Assembly: GCA_040752415.1 (NCBI GenBank)
Contig: JBFMGU010000100.1
Span: 1-36,001, forward strand
DNA length: 36,001 nt
Direction of reading: 5' to 3'
From: Myxococcota bacterium
GTDB lineage: Bacteria > Myxococcota > JACRCW01
Shown: positions 1 to 9,600 of the stretch, in pieces
Numbering within the stretch: the first letter of the stretch is position 1
Layout of the letters: every line of letters starts with the position of its first letter
Notes under the pieces: generated by a model
Told to the model about the DNA's origin: nothing
Databases searched by the model: none
Seen by the model: only the letters and a program-made list of their open reading frames with translations
Made by a program: the position numbers and the translations under genes

Positions 1-353
1 CGCCCCACCGCGCGCACCGCCTTGGGATTGCCAAGCCGTTCCGCCAGCACGCCGTAGCTGAGCGTTGCGCCGTACGGGATGCGTTGCAGTGCGCTCCACA
101 CCTCGCGCTGGAACGCGGTTCCCTCCGGCGCCACGCGCAGGCTGAACTCCCGACGGGTCCCGCGGAAATACTCGCCCAGCTGCGTCTCCACCTCGAGCCC
201 GGCACTGGCGTCCCATCGCACGCCCACCGCGTCGCGGAGCACTTGGTGCGGCATCCGTCCGTCCAGGAATTCCAGCCGGAGCAGGGCGCCGTTCTCGTCG
301 AGGAGCGCGAGCAACTCGCCGAGCGGGGAGGAGAAGGTGTGGGCGGTGCGCAT
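1..353 (-). CDS. ogt: methylated-DNA--protein-cysteine S-methyltransferase (5' part; runs off the window start)
   Basis: Not in the ORF track. My translation from ATG 353: MRTAHTFSSPLGELLALLDENGALLRLEF...QLGEYFRGTRREFSLRVAPEGTAFQREVWSALQRIPYGATLSYGVLAERLGNPKAVRAVG, the typical Ogt signature. The active-site PCHR lies outside the window. Confidence 0.9.
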   Translation of the reverse strand, partial: MRTAHTFSSPLGELLALLDENGALLRLEFLDGRMPHQVLRDAVGVRWDASAGLEVETQLGEYFRGTRREFSLRVAPEGTAFQREVWSALQRIPYGATLSYGVLAERLGNPKAVRAVG

Positions 354-483
354 GCAGCCCATCCTACAGCGGTTCCCGGTGGAGTTGGCCGTGCCGGAGG
401 GTGAACCTGACACCTGCGAAGCAAGGGCCATCCTTCCCCGGCCGATCTGTTGGGAACCGCCGTAACGCGCCTCCCATGCAAGA

Positions 484-1395
484 TCAGCGGCTGGGATGGG
501 GCAGCCATCCTCGTCGACCACGCCCCACTTCCGGCTGTTCCTTCTCGCCCTTCTCCTTCCCCTCGGGGTGGTAGTGCTCGATCAGCGCATTGATCTCCGA
601 GCCCACCAGCGTCACCAGCCCAGCCAGGTAGAGCCAGAACAACAGGATCACCACGGCGCCCAGCGTCCCGTAGGTGGCGGTGTAGTTGCCGAAGTTGGCG
701 ACGTAGTAGCGGAACGCGAACGAGACGACGCCCAGGGTGATGACGGCGAAGACGCTGCCCGGGGAGATGAAGCGAAATTCCTGTTCCACGTCGGGGCCGA
801 AGTAGTAGGTCAGCGCAAAACCCAACAGCAGCATGCCGAGGATCACCACCCAGCGGAACGCCGCGAAGGCGCCGAGCAGCGGACGGCTCCAACCCAGGTT
901 GTCGGCAATCCACTGCTGCAACACGCCGCCGAAGATGACCAGGCCGAATCCACCCAGCACCAGCAGCACGAACATCACCGTGAGCATCACGGCGGTGCCG
1001 CGCACCTTCCAGAACGGGCGTCCTTCCTTGACGTCGTAGGTGACGTTGAGCTGCTGCATGACGGCGAACAGGCCGTTGGAGGCCGCCCAGATGGTGAGGA
1101 TGAGACCAAAGGACAACAGGCCGCCGCGCTTCTGCGTCACGTCCTGCACCACGCCCTCGAACAGGTCCGCGGCCTCCGTCGGAAGCGCCTGGTGCAGGAG
1201 GTCCATGATGGCCTGGTAGAGGTTGGGAATGGGCAGGTAGGGCAGCGTGCTCAGGAGAAAGATGGCGGCGGGAAAGATGGAAAGCACCAGGTAATAGGCC
1301 AGGGCCGCCGCGCCGTTGGTGACGCGGTCCTCCCGGATTTCCGCGCGCAGGTCCCGGGTGAACTGCCTCAGGGTCACGCCGTTCACAATCTCCAT
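484..1395 (-). CDS. YihY/virulence factor BrkB family inner-membrane protein
   Basis: Start at MEIVNG with GAGG upstream. Contains AAALAYYLVLSIFP, several TM helices and YTATYGTLGAVVILLFWLYL...GSEINA, typical of YihY. Confidence 0.9.
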   Translation of the reverse strand: MEIVNGVTLRQFTRDLRAEIREDRVTNGAAALAYYLVLSIFPAAIFLLSTLPYLPIPNLYQAIMDLLHQALPTEAADLFEGVVQDVTQKRGGLLSFGLILTIWAASNGLFAVMQQLNVTYDVKEGRPFWKVRGTAVMLTVMFVLLVLGGFGLVIFGGVLQQWIADNLGWSRPLLGAFAAFRWVVILGMLLLGFALTYYFGPDVEQEFRFISPGSVFAVITLGVVSFAFRYYVANFGNYTATYGTLGAVVILLFWLYLAGLVTLVGSEINALIEHYHPEGKEKGEKEQPEVGRGRRGWLPHPSR

Positions 1396-1599
1396 GGCGA
1401 CCTCGGTTCGTCCCGGTGGGTTTCCGCTGGCGGATGTAACCGGCGGCCCCGCAGGCACCAGCGTGACGTCGTGTCCAAGACCGCGCGGATGGACGTTGGT
1501 GCTCCGGAACTGGCTCCTGATGCGTGACCCGGGGCGTGGACAGACAGGAGCTCGGCGACGTGGCGGCGGGAGCGCGCGCGCATGTGTTACTGAGAACGC

Positions 1600-2748
1600 A
1601 TGGATGATCGTGCGGTGGCAGCTGCGGCTTCCTTGCGGGAGGCGTTGCAGCACGTGGCCCGGGGCCTCGTCGAGCGGGAGATGCTGGTGGAGCTCATCGC
1701 GTTGGCGGCGGTGGCGGGTGAGCATGCCTTGGTGATTGGCCCGCCGGGCACGGCCAAGAGTGAGGCGGTGCGACGTTTCTCCCGCGCCACCGGCGGTCGC
1801 TACTTCGAGTACCTGCTGGGACGTTTCACCGAGCCCAGCGAGATCTTCGGACCGGTGGACCTGCGTCGTCTGCGCGAGGGTGTCGTCGAGACGGAGACGC
1901 GCGGGATGCTGCCGGAGGCGGAGGTGGCCTTCCTGGACGAGGTGTTCCACGGCTCCACCGCCATCCTGAACACGCTGCTCGGCATCCTCAATGAACGTGT
2001 GTTCAAGCGCGGCCACACCGAGGTGCGCTGCCCGCTGCGGGTCTGCGTGGGCGCCTCCAATGCGCTCCCCTCCGACGAGTCCCTGGCGGCGTTCGCGGAC
2101 CGCTTCCTCGTACGCGCGTTCGTGGAGCCCATTGGTGACCCGCAGCTGGACGAGCTGCTGGAGAGCGGGTGGGCCCTGGAACGCCAGGCGCCGCCGCCCA
2201 CGGCCAGGCTCGAGGACCTCGACGCGTTGACGCGCGCGGCGCGGGACGCGGAGATGACCGGCGTGCGTCCCCACCTGGCCCACGCGGTGCGACGGCTGCG
2301 CAAGGCGGGCGTCACGTTGTCGGATCGTCGCGTGGTGAAGTCGCAGCGGCTGGTGGCGGCGGCGGGCGCGTTGGCGGGACGTTCCGCACCGACGGAAGCG
2401 GACCTCTGGCCCCTGGTCTACGTTGTGCCCACGCGCGAGGAGCAGGCGGTGGCGCGGGAGTGTCTGCGGGACCTGCTGCAGGCTGCGCAGAACCCCACGC
2501 TCGCCGCCGCGGCGGAGGGTGCGTCGTCGTCGCGCGCTTCACGGGCGGAGCGGTTGGCGCGGGTGGGCCGGGAGCTGCTGGGCGCTCGCCCCGTCGACGG
2601 AGATCCCCGTGCCCGGGATGCGTGGCGTCTGCGCCTCGAGGGATTGGCGCGGGAGATCGACGCGGGGTTTGCTCCGGAGGACATGCCGGCGGACGTGGCG
2701 AGCGTGCGTGCGGAGATCGTGCGCGCGGTGCAGGCTGCGAGCGCATGA
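1600..2748 (+). CDS. MoxR/RavA-like AAA+ ATPase
   Basis: Walker A GPPGTAKS, Walker B AFLDE, FEYLLGRFTEPSEIFGP, sensor VGASN, and FADRF. Confidence 0.92.
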   Translation: MDDRAVAAAASLREALQHVARGLVEREMLVELIALAAVAGEHALVIGPPGTAKSEAVRRFSRATGGRYFEYLLGRFTEPSEIFGPVDLRRLREGVVETETRGMLPEAEVAFLDEVFHGSTAILNTLLGILNERVFKRGHTEVRCPLRVCVGASNALPSDESLAAFADRFLVRAFVEPIGDPQLDELLESGWALERQAPPPTARLEDLDALTRAARDAEMTGVRPHLAHAVRRLRKAGVTLSDRRVVKSQRLVAAAGALAGRSAPTEADLWPLVYVVPTREEQAVARECLRDLLQAAQNPTLAAAAEGASSSRASRAERLARVGRELLGARPVDGDPRARDAWRLRLEGLAREIDAGFAPEDMPADVASVRAEIVRAVQAASA

Positions 2749-3176
2749 GCGAGGCCATGACGCCGTCGTGGAGGTTGCGGGAGCGTCCGCTGGCTCCGCT
2801 GGCGGCGGTGGCCGTGGATGGTCTTGCATCACACCTCGCCACGCGGGTCCTCCAGCTCTCCGACGACGAGCTGACCGCGTTGCGCGGCGTGGCCGGCGAG
2901 AACCTGTTGTGTGTCTTGGGCGACGAGAAGCAGCTCCCGTGGATTGACGGCGTGACCTACCTGGGCCGCGACCCTGGCGCGCCCGCGTTGCTGCTCCCCG
3001 TCCATCACGAGCCCACGGTTTCCGTCGAGCTGTTCGAGCGGACGGTGTTGCGTCGTGTCGCGTCGGCGGCCACCCCGCTGGCGGTGCTGCACGCTCCGAC
3101 GCGGATCTGGTCCCTGGCCGCGGCGCGCCCGCTCGAGCGCGGTCGGGTGAAGGCGTGGTTGGAAGGGGGCGCGTGA
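2745..3176 (+). CDS. MoxR-vWA-beta-propeller ternary system protein, bpX5-like
   Basis: ATGA overlap with the ATPase stop. W-R-x-R-x-x-P-L-x-P and LPWIDGVTYLGRDP motifs match my recollection of bpX5 proteins; operon context agrees. Confidence 0.7.
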   Translation: MSEAMTPSWRLRERPLAPLAAVAVDGLASHLATRVLQLSDDELTALRGVAGENLLCVLGDEKQLPWIDGVTYLGRDPGAPALLLPVHHEPTVSVELFERTVLRRVASAATPLAVLHAPTRIWSLAAARPLERGRVKAWLEGGA

Positions 3177-3177
3177 C

Positions 3178-4977
3178 ATGCAGCTCCCTCCCGCGTTGGC
3201 GCCGTGGACCGCGCAGCTCTCCCTGTTTCCCGACGTCACGGCGGTGGCGCTGGGACGCATGGCGCAGCGGTTGGCGCTGGCGGTGGGGCCGTTGAACGCA
3301 CACGACGGGAGCGGCACGGGTGAGCCCGACGGCGTGGACGGGCTGTCCCAACGCGGCAGCTACGAGCGACTGCTGATGAGCGAGTGGTTGCTCGCCCAGG
3401 AGGCTCCCGACGAGTTCGTGCGTCGCGCGGCCGTTGGTGAGCACGTGTTCCTGCGGTTGGCGCGTCGTCGACCTGCGGTGGCACGCGCCACCGTGGCGCT
3501 GTTTGACGCCGGGCCCGAGCAGTTGGGCACGCCGCGCGTGGCGCAGTTGGCCGCGTTGATCGTTCTCTCCCGACGCGCGGAGGCCGCCGGCGCGACATTC
3601 CGTTGGGGCATCCTGCAGCAGCGCGAGACGGTGCTCCAGGAGGGGCTCACCCCGGCGAACGTCACCGACCTGTTGCATGCGCGCACGTCGTCACGCGGAA
3701 CGGAGACGCACCTGGATGCGTGGCGCAGCCGGTTGCGCGCGTTGGGTGGCGTCGAGGAGATGTGGCTGGTGGGTGGGGAGCCGTTGGCGCGGCTGGTGGA
3801 GGGGACCCGCATCCGTCACCTGGAGATCCGCGACGTGCTGGACCCGGTGGCACGCGCGCTGGCCGTCTCCCTGCGCGACGCCCGCACCCCGCGCGAGGTG
3901 GAGCTGGAGCTTCCCGACGACGAGACGTGTGCCCAGCTGCTGCGCGACCCCTTCGTGCAACGGGTGCCCGCCGCGGTGTCCGCGCCTTCGGTGAGCTCCA
4001 ACCTCGTCTTCGCGCACAACCGCACGCGGCTGTTCGCGCGGGTGGAGAGCTCGTCGGTGGTGGGCTTCCGGACCGTGCCCACGTCGGGGAGCGAGGGCGG
4101 AGCACCGGTGACCTACCGCCTCCCGGACCACGGCGTGGTGATGGGCGCGGGCTGGTGGCGGAAGACGGTGCTGCTGGTCTCCCACGGCGTGGAGGGCTTT
4201 GATCACGTCTTCCACCTGCACGAGTTCTCTCCGCGCGGACGCTTGCGCGGTGTTCGCACCTTCCGCATGGACGCGGTGCAGCATCCCGTGGCCATGGTGA
4301 GCGGTCACATCCCGTTGCAGCCGGTGCATGTGCTTCCCTGGTCGCAACACGGTGGGGAGCGTTTCTACGTCCTGGACCCCGCGCGGCGTCTCATCCGCCT
4401 GGAAGGAGACAGCGCCACCGTCGTCGACCCGCAGATCGTCGCGTATGCGCGCTACCCGTCCGGCCTCGTCTACGCGCAGGATCTGGTGCGCGGAGAAGGG
4501 GAGGACGCACACCCCACGCGACTGGTGCTCCTGGGCGCCGGACAGGTGGGTGATGCGGAGACGCGCGTCGACAACCAGGGGCCCGGTTGCTTCTTCGGCT
4601 TTGCAGGGCGGTTGGAGATGTCGCGCTTTGGCCTGGTGGCGCTGGAGTGGACGGACCGACGCTGGGCGGGCGTGGGCGGCCCCGCTCGCGAAACGGTGGT
4701 GATCCCGCGCGGCATGCAGGCGGTGGGCGTGGTGCGCAATCCCAAAGCGCCGCGTGAGATGGCCATCGTGGCGCTCGAGGATGATCGTCGCACCATCTAC
4801 CTCTTCGGCCGCACCACCTCGACGAGACTGCCGCCCGCCATCGGCGAGATCGAGCATGTGGCGCTCAGTACCGCGGCCGCGGAGCTGGCCTACAGCACCG
4901 TCAACGGCGACGTGGTCATCTACGGCCTGGATACCGACGAGCTGCTCATGCTCTCCCGCGCGGAGGTGGCCCGATGA
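3178..4977 (+). CDS. divergent vWA-like domain plus C-terminal beta-propeller-like region (ternary system core component)
   Basis: GEPDGVDGLSQRGSYERLLMSEW segment, then hydrophobic strand plus DAGPEQLG (degenerate MIDAS-like), then a beta-rich C-terminal half. Starts 1 bp after the previous gene. Confidence 0.65.
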   Translation: MQLPPALAPWTAQLSLFPDVTAVALGRMAQRLALAVGPLNAHDGSGTGEPDGVDGLSQRGSYERLLMSEWLLAQEAPDEFVRRAAVGEHVFLRLARRRPAVARATVALFDAGPEQLGTPRVAQLAALIVLSRRAEAAGATFRWGILQQRETVLQEGLTPANVTDLLHARTSSRGTETHLDAWRSRLRALGGVEEMWLVGGEPLARLVEGTRIRHLEIRDVLDPVARALAVSLRDARTPREVELELPDDETCAQLLRDPFVQRVPAAVSAPSVSSNLVFAHNRTRLFARVESSSVVGFRTVPTSGSEGGAPVTYRLPDHGVVMGAGWWRKTVLLVSHGVEGFDHVFHLHEFSPRGRLRGVRTFRMDAVQHPVAMVSGHIPLQPVHVLPWSQHGGERFYVLDPARRLIRLEGDSATVVDPQIVAYARYPSGLVYAQDLVRGEGEDAHPTRLVLLGAGQVGDAETRVDNQGPGCFFGFAGRLEMSRFGLVALEWTDRRWAGVGGPARETVVIPRGMQAVGVVRNPKAPREMAIVALEDDRRTIYLFGRTTSTRLPPAIGEIEHVALSTAAAELAYSTVNGDVVIYGLDTDELLMLSRAEVAR

Positions 4978-7664
4978 CACAAGGGCTCCTCCCGCAGCGT
5001 CTCGTCCACCGCGGCACCGTGACCGCGTCGGGCCTGCTCATCTCCACTGATCCGCTCGGCGTCACCGAGGCGCGGCGACGGGTCCTTTCCCTGTGGAAGC
5101 CGGGCACCACCGTGCATGACGTGGGTGACGCCTATGTGGTCGTGTTTCCAGGGCCGCGTCCGCTGCGTGTCGTCCACACACCGGGCACGCCGCTGGTGGC
5201 GACGGAAGGTGTGCTGTCCGGCTGCCCCCTCACTCCCGACGAGGCTGCCGCGGTGGGTGCTCCGCCCGGCAGCGTGGTGATTCCGCGCGGTGGTGTGCTG
5301 CGGGCCCTGCCGCGGGGAAATGCGGTGGATCCCTCGGATTGGCTGTCGGTTTCAGATTGGCCATTGGTTTCCGTGCGGACGCTGGGCGCGGAGCCGGCGC
5401 CGCCCGCGCTCGTCGTGGAGCCGGCCCCGTTTGATGCCCGCACCAAGCTGGAGGGGGTGCCCGAGGCCTCGGCGCAGATGACGCAGGTGGCCGCCGCGCT
5501 CACGGACGCCATGCGCACGCAACGGTCCACGCCGACGACCTCGTCGCTGGGAGCGGGCCTGTTCTCGCGCCTGGGCATGGCGTGGCGTTCCTTCTGGCGC
5601 AACCTGACCGGCCAAACCCCGCCTCCGTCGACGACGCCCGCGAAGTACGCCCCCGCTCCCGTGCCCCCGTGGCTGATGCGCCTGCGCGCCGCGCTCGACA
5701 AGGCCCTGGCGGAGCTGTTGATGGCCACGCAGCTCTCGCGCCTCATCGGCCGCCAGCATGCCGAGTACCTGATGCGCATGATGGACATGCTGGAGCGTGG
5801 CGACGTGCGGGAAGCGCTGCGGCACGCCATTCCCCTCGCCAACTCCAACGAGGACGGGACTGCGCGCCCGGCCCTCGGTCCCATGGCGCCGCGCGAGAAC
5901 CTGGACATCCATCCGTGGAGCGCTCCCGGTGGCGCCCGCGGAGTGGGCCTGGGGCCCGACCTCTACGCCGAGCTGCAGCGTCGCTACCGCGCACTGCTCG
6001 AGCGGTTGGAGATGCAAGGCCGCATCGACGAGGCCGCGTTCGTGTTGGCGGAGCTGTTGCGCGCGCACGAGGAGGCGGTGGGATTCCTGGAACGGCATGG
6101 TCGACTCAAGCTGGCCGCCGAGCTAGCGGAAGCACGCGGTCTTCCGCCGGGCCTGGTGATCCGGCAGTGGTTCCTGGCCGGTGATCACGAGCGTGCGCTG
6201 CGCCTGGTGCAGCAGAGCGGTGAGTTCGCGGACGCCATCCGTCGCCTGGAACGCACGCATCCAGACGAGGCGAAACGCCTGCGGGTGCAGTGGGCGGATC
6301 GACTCGCCGAGGCGGGCAACCTGGCGGCGGCGGTCGAGGTGATCTCGTCGCTGCGGGATGAACAGGAACGCGCCGTGCGGTGGATGGACCAGCTGATCCT
6401 CGCCGGCGGTCCCACGGGCGCACGCATGCTCATCCGCAAGCTGACGCTGGTGCCGGATGCGTTCCCGGACATCCGCGCACGCGTGACGCGCCTGCTCGAC
6501 GACGACGGACCCGAGCTCGCGCCGGTGCGATTGGCTCTGGCCGAGGCGCTCTCGCGCACCGTTCCCACGCCCGGCGTGCGCCCGCTGGCCCGTGCCGCCA
6601 CCCGCGCCATCATCCGCGACAGCAGCCTCCCCGACGTGTCCTGGGCGGCTCCGGAGCTGCGGCGGCTGGTCACCGTCTCGGGAGACGCGGCGTTGATGGC
6701 GGACATCCCGTCGGTGACGCCCCGACCGCGCGCTCCCCTCGCCGAGCGGGCCACGCCACTGGAGCTCACCTGGGAGGCGCAGGATGCCGGCACCGTCCCC
6801 GCCCACGACGTGGCGTGGCTCCCGGATGGGCGCGTGCTGGTGGCACTGGGAGACGCGGGCGCGCGGGTGTTCTCCCCGCACGGTCGAGTGCAGGCCCAGC
6901 TGGAGGAGCCGGCGGTGGCGCTGGTGACGTCCAGCGAAGGGACACGGGCCATTGCCGTGGCGCGGCGTGGGGAGCTGTGTCGCCTGGCGCGTTTGGACCT
7001 GGTCGCGCTGCGTGTGGAGAGCTGGTGTGATGCGCGCCTGGACGCCTGGGCCGACGCCTTCGACGGACTGCGCTGGTTCACCGCCAGCAAGGGCGCGGTG
7101 TCCGTGGTGGATCCCTCCGCGCCGCGGCTCCTGGCGCTGTGGCGCGTCTCCGACGTGGGCCGCGTCACCTCCCTGTCCGCCGATGACCGGCGCTGCTCCT
7201 TCTCCACCGACTCCCCCCACGGCGGCATCATCTGGACCTACGCGCTGGCCCAGATGCGGCTCACCCAGCGGCGTCAGATGGACAGCCCCTCGTTCACCGC
7301 CGGGCGCGTGGTGTCGTCGGAGGGGTGGGTGGCGGAGGTGATTCCCCAGAAGGACGCGCAGATGCTGGGCATCTCCTTCGAGGACAACAAGAGCTACGCC
7401 GTCATGCTCCCGCGTGAGCCCATCATCGCCGGATTGACCTGCGGCACGCGCTGGCTGGCGCTCTGGTACCTCCACGACGGCGCGGTCCACGTGGAGCTGC
7501 GCGACATCCCGCTCGGCCAGCTGCGCGCAAGGCTCACGCTGCAAGGCGCGCGGCGCGTCAACCTGCGCCTGCAACCCCGCGCGCTCTGCGTGGGCGACGA
7601 CCGCGGCCGCGCCCTCGTCCTCGAGCTGGGACAAGGCAGGATCATCGCGGATTGGCGCGTGTAG
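4974..7664 (+). CDS. bpX6-like domain protein with helical-repeat middle and C-terminal beta-propeller-like region
   Basis: ATGA overlap. The N-terminal P-x-R-x-V-H-R-G-T-V...EARRRVL..W.PG resembles bpX6 proteins. Helical central region (GRIDEAAFVLAELL) and propeller-like blades (DVAWLPDGRVLVALGDAG). Confidence 0.72.
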   Translation: MTQGLLPQRLVHRGTVTASGLLISTDPLGVTEARRRVLSLWKPGTTVHDVGDAYVVVFPGPRPLRVVHTPGTPLVATEGVLSGCPLTPDEAAAVGAPPGSVVIPRGGVLRALPRGNAVDPSDWLSVSDWPLVSVRTLGAEPAPPALVVEPAPFDARTKLEGVPEASAQMTQVAAALTDAMRTQRSTPTTSSLGAGLFSRLGMAWRSFWRNLTGQTPPPSTTPAKYAPAPVPPWLMRLRAALDKALAELLMATQLSRLIGRQHAEYLMRMMDMLERGDVREALRHAIPLANSNEDGTARPALGPMAPRENLDIHPWSAPGGARGVGLGPDLYAELQRRYRALLERLEMQGRIDEAAFVLAELLRAHEEAVGFLERHGRLKLAAELAEARGLPPGLVIRQWFLAGDHERALRLVQQSGEFADAIRRLERTHPDEAKRLRVQWADRLAEAGNLAAAVEVISSLRDEQERAVRWMDQLILAGGPTGARMLIRKLTLVPDAFPDIRARVTRLLDDDGPELAPVRLALAEALSRTVPTPGVRPLARAATRAIIRDSSLPDVSWAAPELRRLVTVSGDAALMADIPSVTPRPRAPLAERATPLELTWEAQDAGTVPAHDVAWLPDGRVLVALGDAGARVFSPHGRVQAQLEEPAVALVTSSEGTRAIAVARRGELCRLARLDLVALRVESWCDARLDAWADAFDGLRWFTASKGAVSVVDPSAPRLLALWRVSDVGRVTSLSADDRRCSFSTDSPHGGIIWTYALAQMRLTQRRQMDSPSFTAGRVVSSEGWVAEVIPQKDAQMLGISFEDNKSYAVMLPREPIIAGLTCGTRWLALWYLHDGAVHVELRDIPLGQLRARLTLQGARRVNLRLQPRALCVGDDRGRALVLELGQGRIIADWRV

Positions 7665-7845
7665 GACGCGTGCGCACCGTGTCTCACCGTCAACCGACCG
7701 ATGCTCACCGGTCACGCGGCGCGATGCGAAATCTCCGCGATGGGACGCGAAGAAACGCGAATCCTGGTGAGTGGTCTCCGACGCCTTTCGTACTCCGTCG
7801 TCAGGAGGACAGCGCAAGGAACATCCCCGCCGTCATATTGCGCGC

Positions 7846-9600
7846 ATGCTCCTCACGCGCACCTTTTCCTACCGCCTTCCCGCTGCGTTGACCCTTGGCC
7901 TCGGGCTGATGACCGGATGCGTCGTCGCCACGGAGGACACCACGGAGGATGAGCTCCTGGAGGATGAGCACGCCGCGGTGTTCGTGGCGCAGGATGAGGA
8001 CCTGTTTGACCGCCTGCATCCCGACGAGGATGAGGGTTGGATGGTGACGGATGCGTTCCCCGCGCCGGCGTTCAATCGCGTGGGCGTGAGGTTTGATGCG
8101 CACGCGCCGGTGGTGATCCAGGTCCGCACCTCGCGTGACGGCCAGAGCTTCTCGGAGTGGCTGGACACGGAGGTCACCTGGTCGGAGGAGGGCGCGCACA
8201 ACGCCCACGTGGACGTCGACGGCGCCTCCACGTTCGCGCAGCTGCGCCTGATGATGCCGGTGGAGGCGCGCCTCAGCTTCATGGCGGTGGAGCTGTTCAA
8301 CTTCACCCCGCCCGCGCCCGACGGCGTGGAGCTGGGCCTGCCCGAGGAGACCGAGCAGGGCCTGGCCGCCACCGGCGTTGCGGTGAGCCGTTCCGAGTGG
8401 GGCGCGCGCGCCACGCGTTGCACTTCACGGCACACGCCCAACCGCATCACCGTGCACCACACCGACACGCCCAACAACGACTCGCTCTCCATGCCCGCGC
8501 GCATGCGCCAGATCCAGAACTTCCACATGGACAGCCGCGGCTGGTGCGACATTGCGTACCACTTCCTCGTCGGACAGGACGGGCGCGTCTACGTGGGGCG
8601 CGCGGAGAATCTGCTGGGCGCGCACGCGGGCGGCGCCAACACCAACAACGCCGGCGTCAGCTTCATTGGGGACTTCGACGGCGTGGCGCCCAGCCAGGCC
8701 ATGATGAACGCCGGCGCGCGCATCCTGCGTTCGCTCAAGACGGAGTACGGCATCACGCTGAACCGCGAGAAGGTGAAGGGGCACCGCCAGGTGGGCACCA
8801 CCTCCACGTCCTGCCCCGGCGACGTGCTCTACAGCCGCCTGCAGACCCTCATCGACCTGGCGCTCAACGGGGGCACCACCACGCCGCCCGCCACCGGCTT
8901 CTGCGCCTCCCACAGCGGCACGCTCTGCGACGGCACCAGCCTGGTGACCTGCACGGATGGCGCCGAGGTGAGCCGCACGACGTGCCAGAACGGCTGCCAG
9001 ACCATGCCGGCGGGAACGCCGGACCAGTGTCGCGCTACGACCACCACCCCGCCCACGGAGACCAGCCCGTACTCCGACCTGCAGCCGGGCGACTTCGGCT
9101 ACGAGGCAGCCAAGAAGCTGCGCGAGCGGGGTGCGCTGTGGGGCTGCGCGGCGGGACGTTTCTGCCCGGGTGAGCCGGTGGACCGTGCCACGCTGGCCTC
9201 GCTCATTGCCTCGCTGGACAACACGCCGGTGAGCATGCCCTCCACACGCCTCTTTGACGACGTCAGCAGCAGCCACTGGGCCTACGCCGGCGTGCAGGAG
9301 GTGGCGGCGCGCGGGATCATGACCACCTGCGGCAACGGTGACTTCTGTCCCACCAATCCCGTCTCGCGCGCCGCAGCGGCGGTGGCGTTCCGTCGCTCCC
9401 GCGCGCTGGACCCGGTGGAGCCGGCCAGCGCCACGTTCACCGACGTGACCTCGAGCCATTGGGCCTACGGCGCCATCGAGCGCGCGGTTGACGAGGGCTG
9501 GGTCACCGGCTGTGCCAGCAACCCGGCTCGCTACTGCCCCTCCGACAACCTGACCCGCCTGCAGGCCGCGGTGATTGCGGTGCGCGTCTACGGGCTCTGA
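7846..9600 (+). CDS. lipoprotein N-acetylmuramoyl-L-alanine amidase (Amidase_2/PGRP-like) with Cys-rich domain and three SLH repeats
   Basis: Lipobox-like LMTGC. Amidase motifs ITVHHT, WCDIAYHF, GAHAG..N, GHR and SCPG. C-terminal SLH-like repeats (YSDL, FDDVSSSHWAY, FTDVTSSHWAY...TR). Confidence 0.88.
   Translation: MLLTRTFSYRLPAALTLGLGLMTGCVVATEDTTEDELLEDEHAAVFVAQDEDLFDRLHPDEDEGWMVTDAFPAPAFNRVGVRFDAHAPVVIQVRTSRDGQSFSEWLDTEVTWSEEGAHNAHVDVDGASTFAQLRLMMPVEARLSFMAVELFNFTPPAPDGVELGLPEETEQGLAATGVAVSRSEWGARATRCTSRHTPNRITVHHTDTPNNDSLSMPARMRQIQNFHMDSRGWCDIAYHFLVGQDGRVYVGRAENLLGAHAGGANTNNAGVSFIGDFDGVAPSQAMMNAGARILRSLKTEYGITLNREKVKGHRQVGTTSTSCPGDVLYSRLQTLIDLALNGGTTTPPATGFCASHSGTLCDGTSLVTCTDGAEVSRTTCQNGCQTMPAGTPDQCRATTTTPPTETSPYSDLQPGDFGYEAAKKLRERGALWGCAAGRFCPGEPVDRATLASLIASLDNTPVSMPSTRLFDDVSSSHWAYAGVQEVAARGIMTTCGNGDFCPTNPVSRAAAAVAFRRSRALDPVEPASATFTDVTSSHWAYGAIERAVDEGWVTGCASNPARYCPSDNLTRLQAAVIAVRVYGL

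Noticed and set aside
1396..2283. Long N-terminal extensions in the ORF track (YihY 599 aa; likewise 2169-3176, 14179-16002, 14383-15927, 16009-16962)
   Set aside because: They overlap genuine genes and are GC-rich open-frame artefacts; starts were reassigned using RBS, overlaps and domain boundaries.
7709..7770. Resemblance to a c-di-GMP-I (GEMM) riboswitch upstream of the amidase (GGTCACGC...GCGAAA...TGGGACGCGAAG)
   Set aside because: The P2 stem is too short and mismatched, and no P3 tetraloop receptor is visible. An Infernal scan with the Rfam c-di-GMP-I model would settle it.
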